Part shown: positions 48,406 to 57,355 of the stretch, piece after piece
How positions within the stretch are numbered: position 1 is the first letter of the stretch
How the letters are laid out: the number at the start of each line of letters is the position of its first letter
NCBI GenBank assembly: GCA_035559535.1
Contig: DATMBG010000021.1
Location: 124,001-188,000, forward strand
DNA from: Candidatus Limnocylindrales bacterium
GTDB lineage: Bacteria; Moduliflexota; Moduliflexia; Moduliflexales; JAUQPW01
DNA: 64,000 nt
Direction: 5' to 3'
Notes under the pieces: generated by a model
What the model saw: the letters and a program-made list of their open reading frames with translations, nothing else
What the model was told of the DNA's origin: nothing
The model's database searches: none
Made by a program: the position numbers and the translations under genes

Positions 48406-49719
48406 TCACGGGGACACCGGTGTGGGGGTTGGAGGGGGCAGCGGAGTAGGGGTTGGAGTTGGAACAGGACCTGGTCCTGCCGAGCTGACAACCAGGGTTA
48501 CCACTGCGATGGCGGTTTTACCTCCGTTATCCGTTCCAGAAATCGTTATGGCATAAGTTCCCCCTGAGGTTGTAGGAGAAGTCGTAATAAGGAGCTGAAG
48601 TTGGGCATTTCCGGCCCCACCCGTAGGGGATACAGGATTTTCGGTAAAGGCGCCTGTTGTATCCGGTGGGAGTCCTGTCACACTTAAAAGAGCCGAATTA
48701 CTGGAACCTGTAAATCCGGCCACAACATTATAAAAAGTAGAACCTCCGGCTTGAACCGTTCGGATGGGGGGGGCTGCAAGAAGGGCAAAACCCGGACTAA
48801 AAGTCGGGTTCGTAAGCTGTGAATCCCTGAAACCTCCTGCAGGAATTGGTTCACCTGGAGGATTTGAATGAACGCCAATTCGGAGCCCACCCGGGGGGAT
48901 AACGCCTGAGGTCCCATCGGGATTTGTAATTTCGATGGTTCCTTCAAGGGTGCGAATAATTAAAGTTTCACAATCAGAACGAACTTCCACTGCATTGCCA
49001 CCGTGAAGTTTAACCCCAGGAGTATTTACCCCGAGAAACTGGAATTGCATCTCACCACTCAAAACTTCAGTGGTCACCACCGTCTCAATATTTGAAAGAT
49101 CCGTCCTTGTGAATAAAACCTCCTGGCCCTCTCCTGATCGGGTAGAGAGTATTTCCCCGCAGAGAGGTACGTACACTTCAGTATTTCCGCTGAGAAATCG
49201 GACCCTTATGGTCCCTTCAAGGACCATGACTTCGGTTTTAGAAGATCCTTTGGGCTTCCGAACTTCCATCTCTGATAGTTCGACACCTGCAACGGCCGTA
49301 TCCGTCTCAATTTCATGAATGGTCCTGGTGTAATTTACCGATTTTTGAACTCGAGTCCGTACAACTCCCCACCATAACTTAAAACGGGACATGCGCTCAG
49401 ATTCAGAGATCTGGAGCTGACTGATTTCCAGTCTGGTATGATCCTTCAGATCTAGAGTACTTCCATCACTTAATGTTAACTTGGCTCTGGACCCAGAGCC
49501 TGTTTGAATATGATCTCCTTCCCCTAAAACCATGCCCGGTTCAGCCGAAATCCAATTCCCCTGGTCCTGGGGCAGGACTTCCACCTTCCCGGTAAAGTCC
49601 GTTAATAGAGCCGTCGACCCGGCAGAAACCGTTGATAAAGCCATGGATCCGCAAAACAGGAAAAAAACCGACCCGACACTTAACCCTTTAAAGAATCCAA
49701 ATCGAGATAGAAATTCCAT
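48406..49719 (-). CDS. Secreted FecR-domain protein with C-terminal Ig-like domain and Pro/Thr tail
   Basis: Signal-peptide-like N-terminus, LGEGDHIQTGSGSRAKLTLSDGS (FecR), beta-rich C-domain, tail PVPTPTPTPLPPPTPTPVSP. Confidence 0.8.
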   Translation of the reverse strand: MEFLSRFGFFKGLSVGSVFFLFCGSMALSTVSAGSTALLTDFTGKVEVLPQDQGNWISAEPGMVLGEGDHIQTGSGSRAKLTLSDGSTLDLKDHTRLEISQLQISESERMSRFKLWWGVVRTRVQKSVNYTRTIHEIETDTAVAGVELSEMEVRKPKGSSKTEVMVLEGTIRVRFLSGNTEVYVPLCGEILSTRSGEGQEVLFTRTDLSNIETVVTTEVLSGEMQFQFLGVNTPGVKLHGGNAVEVRSDCETLIIRTLEGTIEITNPDGTSGVIPPGGLRIGVHSNPPGEPIPAGGFRDSQLTNPTFSPGFALLAAPPIRTVQAGGSTFYNVVAGFTGSSNSALLSVTGLPPDTTGAFTENPVSPTGGAGNAQLQLLITTSPTTSGGTYAITISGTDNGGKTAIAVVTLVVSSAGPGPVPTPTPTPLPPPTPTPVSP

Positions 49720-49791
49720 AATTACCCTGCCACCTTAAAGATTCCGAGATGTAAAACATAAAAACACACTTTAACCTTTGAGTACCACTCC

Positions 49792-51291
49792 TCAGAAGGT
49801 TGCCCGGCTAAAGATGTTGAACCGATTAACATTATAATCGTCGATATCAAAATTAGAGTTATTATCGACAAACTCATAGCCTATATTGATCGAGAGATAT
49901 CGGGTTAAGGAATAGCCTACACCTACATTAAAAGTCTGAGTGGTATCTTCCCGGTCTCCTCGAGTCGGGTCAAAGAAGATCTCACTGAAAAATTGCCTGT
50001 TGGCAATTTTATATCCTCCGAAGGTCCGTATCCTTTGAGTAATCATATACTCGATATCTCCTGCAAATCCTATGCTGTTTGCAGTATCATTACCCGTAGC
50101 AATACCGGGTACAGTAGCCGGAGTTTGAATCAGCTCCCGAGTCTCATGGAGATAATTAAGGGCCAGGCTCGCTCGGGCATTGTCCCCGAGTCGTAAAACA
50201 AGCCTACTTCTGATATCATCGGTTTCCAGGGTCTCTCCGAAATCATTTTCACTGAAAAAGCGGTCGTAGGTAAGAGCCAGGCTAGAACTTGCCGTGATAT
50301 TGAAATTCAACCCGAAGTTTGCTGCAAACCCACTGCGATCCCTCTGATCAATCCTCTGAACCTGTCCTGTAGTTGGATCTACAAACTCAACTGCCGAGAA
50401 GGAGTTAGTTTCAAATCCAATTTTGGCAAGACCACTCAATCTTGGAGAGAGTTTAAAATTAACCCCACCGGTCAAACGCTGACGGGTAACATCAGCCCGG
50501 GTTCTCGGATCCACAATCTCATTGGGTTTGGGTTCTTCACGGAGAAGTCGGGAAATATTATAATCCGTTACCAACGTTAATCTGGGGTTAAGGATATAAC
50601 CAAAATTAAAGACCCCTCCATGGGATTGACTGTTCGAGACCACCTGGGTCGTCTCGGTCACCAGGGGGGTTGACGTAAGCTGGACGGTATTTTTGGTATA
50701 ATCTATCCGCCTATAACTATATCCGGCATCGAAGAAGGTCCGTTTGGTATCTATAATTCGATAAGAAGGGGTGATTTGAAATTCATTCCGAAAGGTTTTA
50801 TTACCGGGAAGGAGGGCCTGGGTGGTATCAATAGGAACCGTAGTCAGGTTTTCTTTAATGTTAATGGTAAGTCGCTTGAAATAGGCACGCTTACCTACAT
50901 CAGCTTTTAATTCCAGGGTATGGATAAATTGATCATTCTCATCGTTATCGGCATAATTTTGATAATCCATTCGATACCCAAGACCGAGGGTAAGGAACTG
51001 AGTTATATCCACATCTAAACCGACTCCTGTAGATAAATTAAAAATCGAATCATCCTTACTTTTTGCGTTGATGGGAAGAGATTCTCCATCAGAAAGAAGA
51101 AAAACGTTATCATCGAAGGTCTCTCGGACCTCGACAAAGGGGGTTAACCGGGATCTTGAGGAAAGCTCGAAGGCCAAAGCATCTGGGGAAAGAAAAATAA
51201 GCCCGACTATGATGATCAAGCCACTTCCGAGTACCTTTTTTAACGCCTTTGGAAAACGCTGATTACCTGGAGTACTGAGATTCTGATTCAT
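49792..51291 (-). CDS. Outer-membrane beta-barrel protein, polysaccharide-export associated
   Basis: Signal peptide (..DALA), ETFDDNVF near the N-terminus, alternating aromatic beta strands, C-terminal YNVNRFNIFSRATF ending in Phe. Confidence 0.8.
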   Translation of the reverse strand: MNQNLSTPGNQRFPKALKKVLGSGLIIIVGLIFLSPDALAFELSSRSRLTPFVEVRETFDDNVFLLSDGESLPINAKSKDDSIFNLSTGVGLDVDITQFLTLGLGYRMDYQNYADNDENDQFIHTLELKADVGKRAYFKRLTINIKENLTTVPIDTTQALLPGNKTFRNEFQITPSYRIIDTKRTFFDAGYSYRRIDYTKNTVQLTSTPLVTETTQVVSNSQSHGGVFNFGYILNPRLTLVTDYNISRLLREEPKPNEIVDPRTRADVTRQRLTGGVNFKLSPRLSGLAKIGFETNSFSAVEFVDPTTGQVQRIDQRDRSGFAANFGLNFNITASSSLALTYDRFFSENDFGETLETDDIRSRLVLRLGDNARASLALNYLHETRELIQTPATVPGIATGNDTANSIGFAGDIEYMITQRIRTFGGYKIANRQFFSEIFFDPTRGDREDTTQTFNVGVGYSLTRYLSINIGYEFVDNNSNFDIDDYNVNRFNIFSRATF

Positions 51292-51384
51292 GAGGATCCT
51301 CCGATTATAAATTAAAAATCTAGACCGGCTGCCATCTAAGGGCCTGGAAGAACAAAAAGATAAAGCGATAAAAAATTACTCCTT

Positions 51385-51415
51385 ATTTTAATGGAATTTT
51401 TCAGGGATTTGTCAA
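51385..51415 (-). promoter_or_regulatory. Candidate sigma70 promoter of the polysaccharide locus
   Basis: Minus strand TTGACA-N19-TAAAAT, ~95 bp upstream of the first gene. The spacer is long. Confidence 0.45.
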
Positions 51416-51549
51416 GTTAAAAAACGAGAAGTCAGTTTTCAGGATCTTGGTTAAACCTGTTTCAACAGGACCCCTTTGACCTCTTGGTCTTCAACATTAA
51501 AACCAAAGTTAAAAAGGCTTTACATAAAGCCTGTTGTTATGTTTTCCCC

Positions 51550-51578
51550 TTGACTTTTCCAGTTCTGTTCTTTATGAT
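51550..51578 (+). promoter_or_regulatory. Candidate sigma70 promoter for leuS
   Basis: TTGACT-N17-TATGAT. Confidence 0.55.
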
Positions 51579-51778
51579 AATGATATTCCTGAATGGTTGC
51601 TATTTGCTTTGCTGTTTGCTTTCACCCCCGCCCTCTCTCCCGAAGCTTCAGGGGAAGGGTTGGAGACCTGGGGGCCAGGATAAGGCTTGACTGAGCATGC
51701 AACCCTCTGCTTCATCTCTCCTTCTCCCTTTCCGGACGCTTCAGGAGAGGGGGAGCGAGGACATAGCTGTCGGGTTAC

Positions 51779-51950
51779 GCTGAAAAGCCCCGCCAGGGGC
51801 GAACGGTTGATAGCCCCATGTAAGTCGAGGGATTCAGTCATTCAGAATTTTTTCAAGCTTCCGAAGGAAGCCCCCCTTTCCTCTATATCCCTCCGCATGC
51901 GAGGGGAATTGGGGAGCGGCCTGTTAAACAGGTCGCCCCGCCGGGGCTAA
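51779..51950. repeat. Dispersed repeat GCTGAAAAGCCCCG..GGGGCGA ... CAGGTCGCCCCGC.GGGGCT, copy 2
   Basis: Self-complementary ends agccccgccaggggcga / tcgccccgccggggct. Interior homologous to 41752-41868 plus an extra ~50-bp insert. Confidence 0.8.
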
Positions 51951-52106
51951 CCGAATTGTCAACCGGGGACGGTTAACCTACTTATCCTGGCGCGTATGGG
52001 GAGCGAGGGGGTGAGGGTAGATCCTAAAAAAATTAAAAATTTTAGAAACTAACGAAATTAGAGATTATAAAAAAAAATAAAAAGATTGAAAACAGGAGAG
52101 AGGTGC

Positions 52107-54605
52107 ATGGAAGCCCATTACGATTTTAAACGAATTGAAAGTAAATGGCAGAAAATCTGGGAGGAGACCAAGCAGTACAAGACCGAGCGTGATCCGCAGA
52201 AACCGAAGTATTATTGCCTGGAGATGTTTCCGTATCCTTCTGGAAGAATTCATATGGGGCACGTCCGGAACTATAGCATTGGAGATGTCATAGCCCGTTA
52301 TAAAATGATGCAGGGCTATAATGTGCTCCATCCTATGGGTTGGGATGCCTTCGGAATGCCCGCAGAAAATGCTGCCATTCAACATCGTGTACATCCAGCA
52401 ACCTGGACTCGGGAAAACATTGCTTATATGAAAAAGCAATTGAAGTCCATGGGAATCAGCTATGATTGGGATCGGGAACTGGCTACCTGTGACCTTATCT
52501 ATTATAAATGGCAGCAATGGCTCTTTCTAAAAATGTATGAACGCGGGTTGGTGTATCGAAAGAAATCCTTCGTAAACTGGTGTGAGAGCTGTCAAACGGT
52601 TTTGGCCAACGAACAGGCAGAAGGAGGAGTTTGCTGGCGGTGTGGAACCCAGGTAATCCAGAAGGAGCTGGAACAGTGGTTTTTTAAAATTACCGATTAT
52701 GCCGAAGAGCTGCTGGCATATTGTGACAAATTGACAGGCTGGCCGGAACGGGTTCTGACCATGCAACGGAATTGGATTGGAAAGAGCTACGGCGCCCAGG
52801 TTAAGTTTCCACTGGCCGACCGACCTGGTTTCATCGAGATCTTCACGACCCGACCGGATACCCTTTACGGTGCAACCTTCATGGTTCTGGCTCCGGAACA
52901 TCCTTTGGTTCGAGAGCTCACCCAGGGAACTCCACAGGAAAAGCCGGTTATGGAGTTTGTGGACCGAATCCTGAAACAGGATAAAAAGGTGCGTACAGCC
53001 GAAGAGGTGGTTAAAGAAGGAATTTTTACAGGGCAATATGCGATAAACCCCCTCACCCAAGAGCGAATTCCCATTTGGGTAGCCAATTTTGTTTTGATCG
53101 AGTACGGAACCGGAGCGATTATGTCGGTTCCAACCCACGATCAAAGGGATTTTGAGTTTGCCAAAAAATACGGGCTGCCGTTACGGGTCGTCATTCAAAA
53201 ACCGGATGGTTCTTTATCTGAGGAAACCATGACAGAAGCCTATGTGGGTGAAGGAATTATGGTTAACTCCGGCCCCTTCACCGGTCTTTCAAGCACCGAA
53301 GGAAAGGAAAAAATAACCAAATACCTGGAAGAAAAGGGGATCGGTAAGCAGGCCACGACCTATCGATTGCGAGATTGGGGAATCTCCCGACAGCGCTATT
53401 GGGGAAATCCCATTCCCATGATCCATTGTAAAACCTGTGGCATTGTTCCGGTTCCTTATGAAGACCTGCCGGTGGTTCTTCCAGAAGAAGGGGTTCAATT
53501 TACGGGAAGAGAAGGTAACCCGCTGGATCATGTTCCGGAGTTTGTCAATACCCTATGCCCTCGCTGTAAAGAACCGGCCCGACGAGAAACGGATACCATG
53601 GATACCTTTGTGGATTCTTCCTGGTATTATATGCGCTATACCTGCCCGCAGTACGATAAAGGACCTCTAGATTTGGAACAGGTTAATTACTGGCTACCGG
53701 TGGATCAGTATATCGGGGGTATCGAACATGCGGTACTGCATTTGCTCTACTCTCGCTTCTTTACCAAAGTCCTGCGAGATATGGGCCTGCTGAAAGTGGA
53801 TGAACCCTTCACGCGTTTACTCACCCAGGGTATGGTCCTTAAAGATGGGGCCGCCATGTCTAAATCTAAAGGAAATATTGTGGACCCGGATGAGCAAATC
53901 AATAAGTACGGTGCAGATACGGCGCGACTCTTTATCCTGTTTGCAGCTCCTCCGGAGAAAGAGATTGATTGGAATGATCAGGCTGTTGAAGGCGCGTTTC
54001 GATTCCTGAACCGGGTCTGGCGCATGGTATATAACCATATAGACTCCCTCCAACAGGTTAAGGAAGGAGTTATTGAACTCCAGAAGCTTTCCGGGCCCTC
54101 TCGGGAACTTTATCGCTGGACCCATAAAACGATTAAAAAGGTTACCGAGGACATAGAAGATCGCTTTCATTTCAATACGGCTATCAGTGCCGTCATGGAG
54201 CTGGTCAATACCATCTATCAATTTGAAGTGCCTCAACAAGAAGGAGAGGAACGAGATCAGGCCCTGAGGGTTCTGCGAGAAGCTATAAAGGCGGTTATTC
54301 TGTTACTGGGTCCTTTTACGCCCCATATTACCGAAGAGCTCTGGCACGAGCTGGGGTATACCACCAGCCTGTTCAGCGAACCATGGCCGACTTATAATGA
54401 AGAAGCCCTCAAAGAAGATCAAATCTTGATCGTGGTTCAAGTTAACGGAAAAGTTCGCAGTCGAATTACCGTGCCGGCCACCGCTTCAGGAGATGAGGTT
54501 AAGAAAGTCGCTCTAGGCGATGAAAAAGTCAAAAAATTCATGGAAGGAAAGCCCGCCAAAAACATCGTGGTTGTTCCAGGAAAGCTGATTAATATTGTAA
54601 CGTAG
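52107..54605 (+). CDS. leuS: Leucine--tRNA ligase
   Basis: [50 protein letters not shown]. Start at MEAHY with an RBS. Confidence 0.98.
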   Translation: MEAHYDFKRIESKWQKIWEETKQYKTERDPQKPKYYCLEMFPYPSGRIHMGHVRNYSIGDVIARYKMMQGYNVLHPMGWDAFGMPAENAAIQHRVHPATWTRENIAYMKKQLKSMGISYDWDRELATCDLIYYKWQQWLFLKMYERGLVYRKKSFVNWCESCQTVLANEQAEGGVCWRCGTQVIQKELEQWFFKITDYAEELLAYCDKLTGWPERVLTMQRNWIGKSYGAQVKFPLADRPGFIEIFTTRPDTLYGATFMVLAPEHPLVRELTQGTPQEKPVMEFVDRILKQDKKVRTAEEVVKEGIFTGQYAINPLTQERIPIWVANFVLIEYGTGAIMSVPTHDQRDFEFAKKYGLPLRVVIQKPDGSLSEETMTEAYVGEGIMVNSGPFTGLSSTEGKEKITKYLEEKGIGKQATTYRLRDWGISRQRYWGNPIPMIHCKTCGIVPVPYEDLPVVLPEEGVQFTGREGNPLDHVPEFVNTLCPRCKEPARRETDTMDTFVDSSWYYMRYTCPQYDKGPLDLEQVNYWLPVDQYIGGIEHAVLHLLYSRFFTKVLRDMGLLKVDEPFTRLLTQGMVLKDGAAMSKSKGNIVDPDEQINKYGADTARLFILFAAPPEKEIDWNDQAVEGAFRFLNRVWRMVYNHIDSLQQVKEGVIELQKLSGPSRELYRWTHKTIKKVTEDIEDRFHFNTAISAVMELVNTIYQFEVPQQEGEERDQALRVLREAIKAVILLLGPFTPHITEELWHELGYTTSLFSEPWPTYNEEALKEDQILIVVQVNGKVRSRITVPATASGDEVKKVALGDEKVKKFMEGKPAKNIVVVPGKLINIVT

Positions 54606-54628
54606 GAAACTCTTTCTATTTAACCATC

Positions 54629-54660
54629 AAAAACCCGTTTTCCCTGGAAAACGGGTTTTT
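54629..54660. terminator. Perfect 15-bp inverted repeat flanked by A/T runs (terminator-like or REP-like)
   Basis: aaaaacccgttttcc-ct-ggaaaacgggttttt between leuS and lptE. Confidence 0.55.
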
Positions 54661-54671
54661 CACAAGCTTAT

Positions 54672-55196
54672 ATGGTCAAATCGATCTTTTCTCTTTTGTT
54701 TTATCTTCTTACCCTCACGGTAAGTATCTCCGGCTGTGGTTATCATCTGGTCGGGAGTGGGAGTCTGCCGGCCCATATTAAAACCATCTCCATTCCGCTT
54801 TTTATAAACAAAACCCAGGAACAGGGAGCCGAAGATATCCTTACCCGGGCCGTTATTAACGAATTTATAACCGGTAAGGTCAAACTCGTAGATTCTTCTC
54901 AAGCCGACGCCCGACTTAGCGGTGAAATTGTGTCCTACCTCGTCCAGCCGACCCAGTTTAACTCCAATAAGCAGGTCATCCAGTACAAACTAACCGTCGG
55001 CGTTAATGTAAAGTTGGAAGATCTGGTCAATCGAAAAGTTCTATGGGAACAGCAGAACTTAACAGAAGATGAAGACTTCAATGTGAGCCCGGATATCAGC
55101 CCCATAGAGCTTGATGATAGAGAACGACGGGCTTTTGAAAGACTCGCCGAGGACCTGGCGGGAAGGATATTGGATCTGGCTACAGAGGGATTTTAA
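54672..55196 (+). CDS. lptE: LPS assembly lipoprotein LptE
   Basis: Lipobox ISGC-GYHL and the conserved leuS-lptE-holA order. Confidence 0.85.
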   Translation: MVKSIFSLLFYLLTLTVSISGCGYHLVGSGSLPAHIKTISIPLFINKTQEQGAEDILTRAVINEFITGKVKLVDSSQADARLSGEIVSYLVQPTQFNSNKQVIQYKLTVGVNVKLEDLVNRKVLWEQQNLTEDEDFNVSPDISPIELDDRERRAFERLAEDLAGRILDLATEGF

Positions 55197-55223
55197 CGGC
55201 TTCCCGAAGGTCAAACGGTACAG

Positions 55224-56231
55224 GTGGCTAAATCTTATCTGACTTATTCAGAGCTACGGAATAAACTCGAAGCGGGAGACATCCGACCCCTCTATCTCTT
55301 TCAAGGAGAAGAGGAGTTTTTAATGGAAGAAGCCATCGACCTTCTCAAGGAGAAGGTCTTAGGCTCTGCATCTTCTGATTTTAATTTCGAGAAATTTTAC
55401 GGTAAGGAAACAAAGGTAACCGATATCCTCTCCAGTGCAGAGACCACTCCCTTCCTCAGCCCGCGACGTCTCCTTCTCGTGAAAGATGCAGATCTCTTTC
55501 CGCCGGCGGACCTGGATGCCCTTGCCGATTATGCCATCAAACCCAATCCGGCTACCTGCCTGGTCCTTATGGCAAAAAAAATAGATACCAAGAGAAAAGC
55601 CTTTTGGGAAGCCTGGAAGACCTATGGGGAAATCGTCCAATTTTGGAAATTGTTTGAAAACGAAGTGCCCAAATGGATTCAACAGCGGGCTAAAAAATAT
55701 AACCTTTCTATGCCGCCGGAGACTTCCTTATATCTTTATGAAAGAGTCGGGAACGACCTGCGACAGTTGGACCAGGAGTTGGAAAAAGTTCGTACCTTTC
55801 TGGGTCCAGGACAGGAGGTATCCCGGGAAGTCCTGGAGAATTTATCCCAACATATTCGACCATATTCGGTTTTTGATTTAGTGGAAAGTTTAAGCCAGAA
55901 AAAATTGGATCAGACATTCAAAATACTGGATGTTCTCCTGAGGGAGGGTGAGGAACCCTTGAAAATCCTCGCCCTGATAGCCAGGCAAATCCGTTTGCTC
56001 TGGCAGGTTAAGCTGGCCAGGGCCGAGGGAAAATCCTCGACCTGGATGGAAAAAGAATTGGGTATTCCGGCAAGACACCTGAAAAACCTTCAGGAACAGG
56101 AGAAGAACTTTTCTTTAGACCGCCTTAAAAAAGCCTTTACACGGCTATCCGAAACCGATATGGCCCTGAAATCCAGCCTTCATACCCCCCAGATTTTGCT
56201 CGAAAGCCTGATCCTTGATCTGATTATTTAG
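55224..56231 (+). CDS. holA: DNA polymerase III delta subunit
   Basis: PLYLFQGEEEFL, TPFLSPRRLLLVK, VGNDLRQLDQELEK, ETDMALKS; synteny. Confidence 0.92.
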   Translation: MAKSYLTYSELRNKLEAGDIRPLYLFQGEEEFLMEEAIDLLKEKVLGSASSDFNFEKFYGKETKVTDILSSAETTPFLSPRRLLLVKDADLFPPADLDALADYAIKPNPATCLVLMAKKIDTKRKAFWEAWKTYGEIVQFWKLFENEVPKWIQQRAKKYNLSMPPETSLYLYERVGNDLRQLDQELEKVRTFLGPGQEVSREVLENLSQHIRPYSVFDLVESLSQKKLDQTFKILDVLLREGEEPLKILALIARQIRLLWQVKLARAEGKSSTWMEKELGIPARHLKNLQEQEKNFSLDRLKKAFTRLSETDMALKSSLHTPQILLESLILDLII

Positions 56232-56341
56232 TCAAGGCGTTAAGGGATATCTAGACCTTATGTCTGATCCTTAGCTTGACGCGCATGGGGCACATGGGAA
56301 GTTGACCTGGAGATCCATCGGCTTCCATAAGCACCAGTTAA

Positions 56342-56471
56342 GCTGAAAAGCCGCGTCAGAGTGGGCGACGACATTGTAGGGGCACGGCGACGCCGTGCCC
56401 CTACGTGGATAGGATTTTGTTTCCCCTGGCGTAAGCCAGGGGCTATTCCCAGGTCGCCCCGCTGGGGCTAA
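56342..56471. repeat. Dispersed repeat GCTGAAAAGCC ... CAGGTCGCCCCGCTGGGGCT, copy 3, with nested palindromes
   Basis: Same ends as copies 1 and 2. Contains the GTAG REP at 56376-56404 and cccctggcgtaagccagggg at 56423-56442. Confidence 0.75.
56376..56404. repeat. GTAG-type REP-like palindrome
   Basis: gtaggggcacggcg-a-cgccgtgcccctac, perfect 14-bp arms. Confidence 0.85.
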
Positions 56472-56474
56472 CCT

Positions 56475-56557
56475 TCTTATGCTGATGTATAGGCCCCCGG
56501 CTCTCCTTTCCCATAGCGTGGGAGAGGGGAGCCGGGGGCCTATGCATCAGCATAAGA
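56475..56557. repeat. 83-nt hairpin (40-bp stem, 3-nt loop)
   Basis: tcttatgctgatgtataggcccccggctctcctttcccat-agc-gtgggagaggggagccgggggcctatgcatcagcataaga. Confidence 0.85.
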
Positions 56558-56584
56558 CCAGAAGGAATTACTTTATTAATCCCA

Positions 56585-56670
56585 ACACCCCCCTGGCCTC
56601 CCTCCAGGGGGAACCTAAAAGGGGAATGGTCCTGACCGAAGTCCCTCCTGGAGGGGGGCCAGGAGGGTGT
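56585..56670. repeat. Palindromic repeat, second copy of the 25982-26090 family
   Basis: acacccccctggcctccctccaggggga ... tccctcctggaggggggccaggagggtgt. Confidence 0.8.
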
Positions 56671-56785
56671 TCTTCTCTGCTTAACCTGGCGCCTAGGGGG
56701 GCTGGGGTAAGGACGGAGAACTACCCGCAATTAACTTTACAAGGTAGTACCCTTCATCGGGAGGGATGGGGAAAGCTCTAAACCT

Positions 56786-57067
56786 TTAAGCAGAAGTTTG
56801 AGACGCTATGAGAGCATTCAATTTATGCATCAGACGGGATTTTTTTCGACTGGCTTTATTCAAATGAATGATTCCCTTGGCAGCCAGTTTGTCCAGAATA
56901 GGTATAGCCTTTTGTAAGGCGGCCTTAGCACCTTCTATATCTTTCTCAGCAATCGCCATCTCCACCTTCTTAACCAGATTTTTCATCCGCGTCTTATAAG
57001 ACGCATTTCGCCGCCGACGGACCTCGTCCTGCCGCATTTTTTTAATAGCCGATTTATGATTCGCCAT
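56786..57067 (-). CDS. rpsT: 30S ribosomal protein S20
   Basis: MANHKSAIKKMRQ...KGIIHLNKASRKKSRL; convergent with holA. Confidence 0.97.
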   Translation of the reverse strand: MANHKSAIKKMRQDEVRRRRNASYKTRMKNLVKKVEMAIAEKDIEGAKAALQKAIPILDKLAAKGIIHLNKASRKKSRLMHKLNALIASQTSA

Positions 57068-57169
57068 AGTTTGGAACAGGCAATGCGCACTACCTACAGG
57101 GGATTTTTTAACCTTACCTGCTACGCATCCTGCAGTACGCATTACAGGGGTTTATTTTAATTTTCTAAA

Positions 57170-57199
57170 AAGCTAATACCCCGTCCCTAACCTTGTCAA
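57170..57199 (-). promoter_or_regulatory. Candidate sigma70 promoter for rpsT
   Basis: Minus strand TTGACA-N18-TAGCTT. Confidence 0.45.
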
Positions 57200-57355
57200 G
57201 TTCTTTCCTTTATAAAGTTTTGCAAAAAATTTCTTGATCAGAGAACGGTAATAGCGTATATGTCATGATAGAATGGGATTTATAATGGTAAAGATAGGCT
57301 TAAAGGTCTGTCTTCTTTTAGCAAACCACCTGGAGGGTATTTGGAAGGTGAGGTT

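Noticed and set aside
48406-48480. PEP-CTERM or sortase-type anchor on the FecR-domain protein
   Set aside because: No PEP or LPXTG motif, no C-terminal TM helix or basic tail, and no exosortase in the window.
51484-51950. ORFs 51484-51690, 51572-51841 and 51687-51950
   Set aside because: They are open frames read through GC-rich palindromic repeats.
56270-56700. Possible CRISPR array or tRNA in the repeat-rich gaps
   Set aside because: There are no regularly spaced direct repeats with unique spacers, no cas genes and no cloverleaf with a T-loop consensus.
56443-56781. ORFs 56443-56730 (-) and 56479-56781 (+) with mirrored peptides
   Set aside because: The similarity on both strands is an artefact of the inverted repeats.
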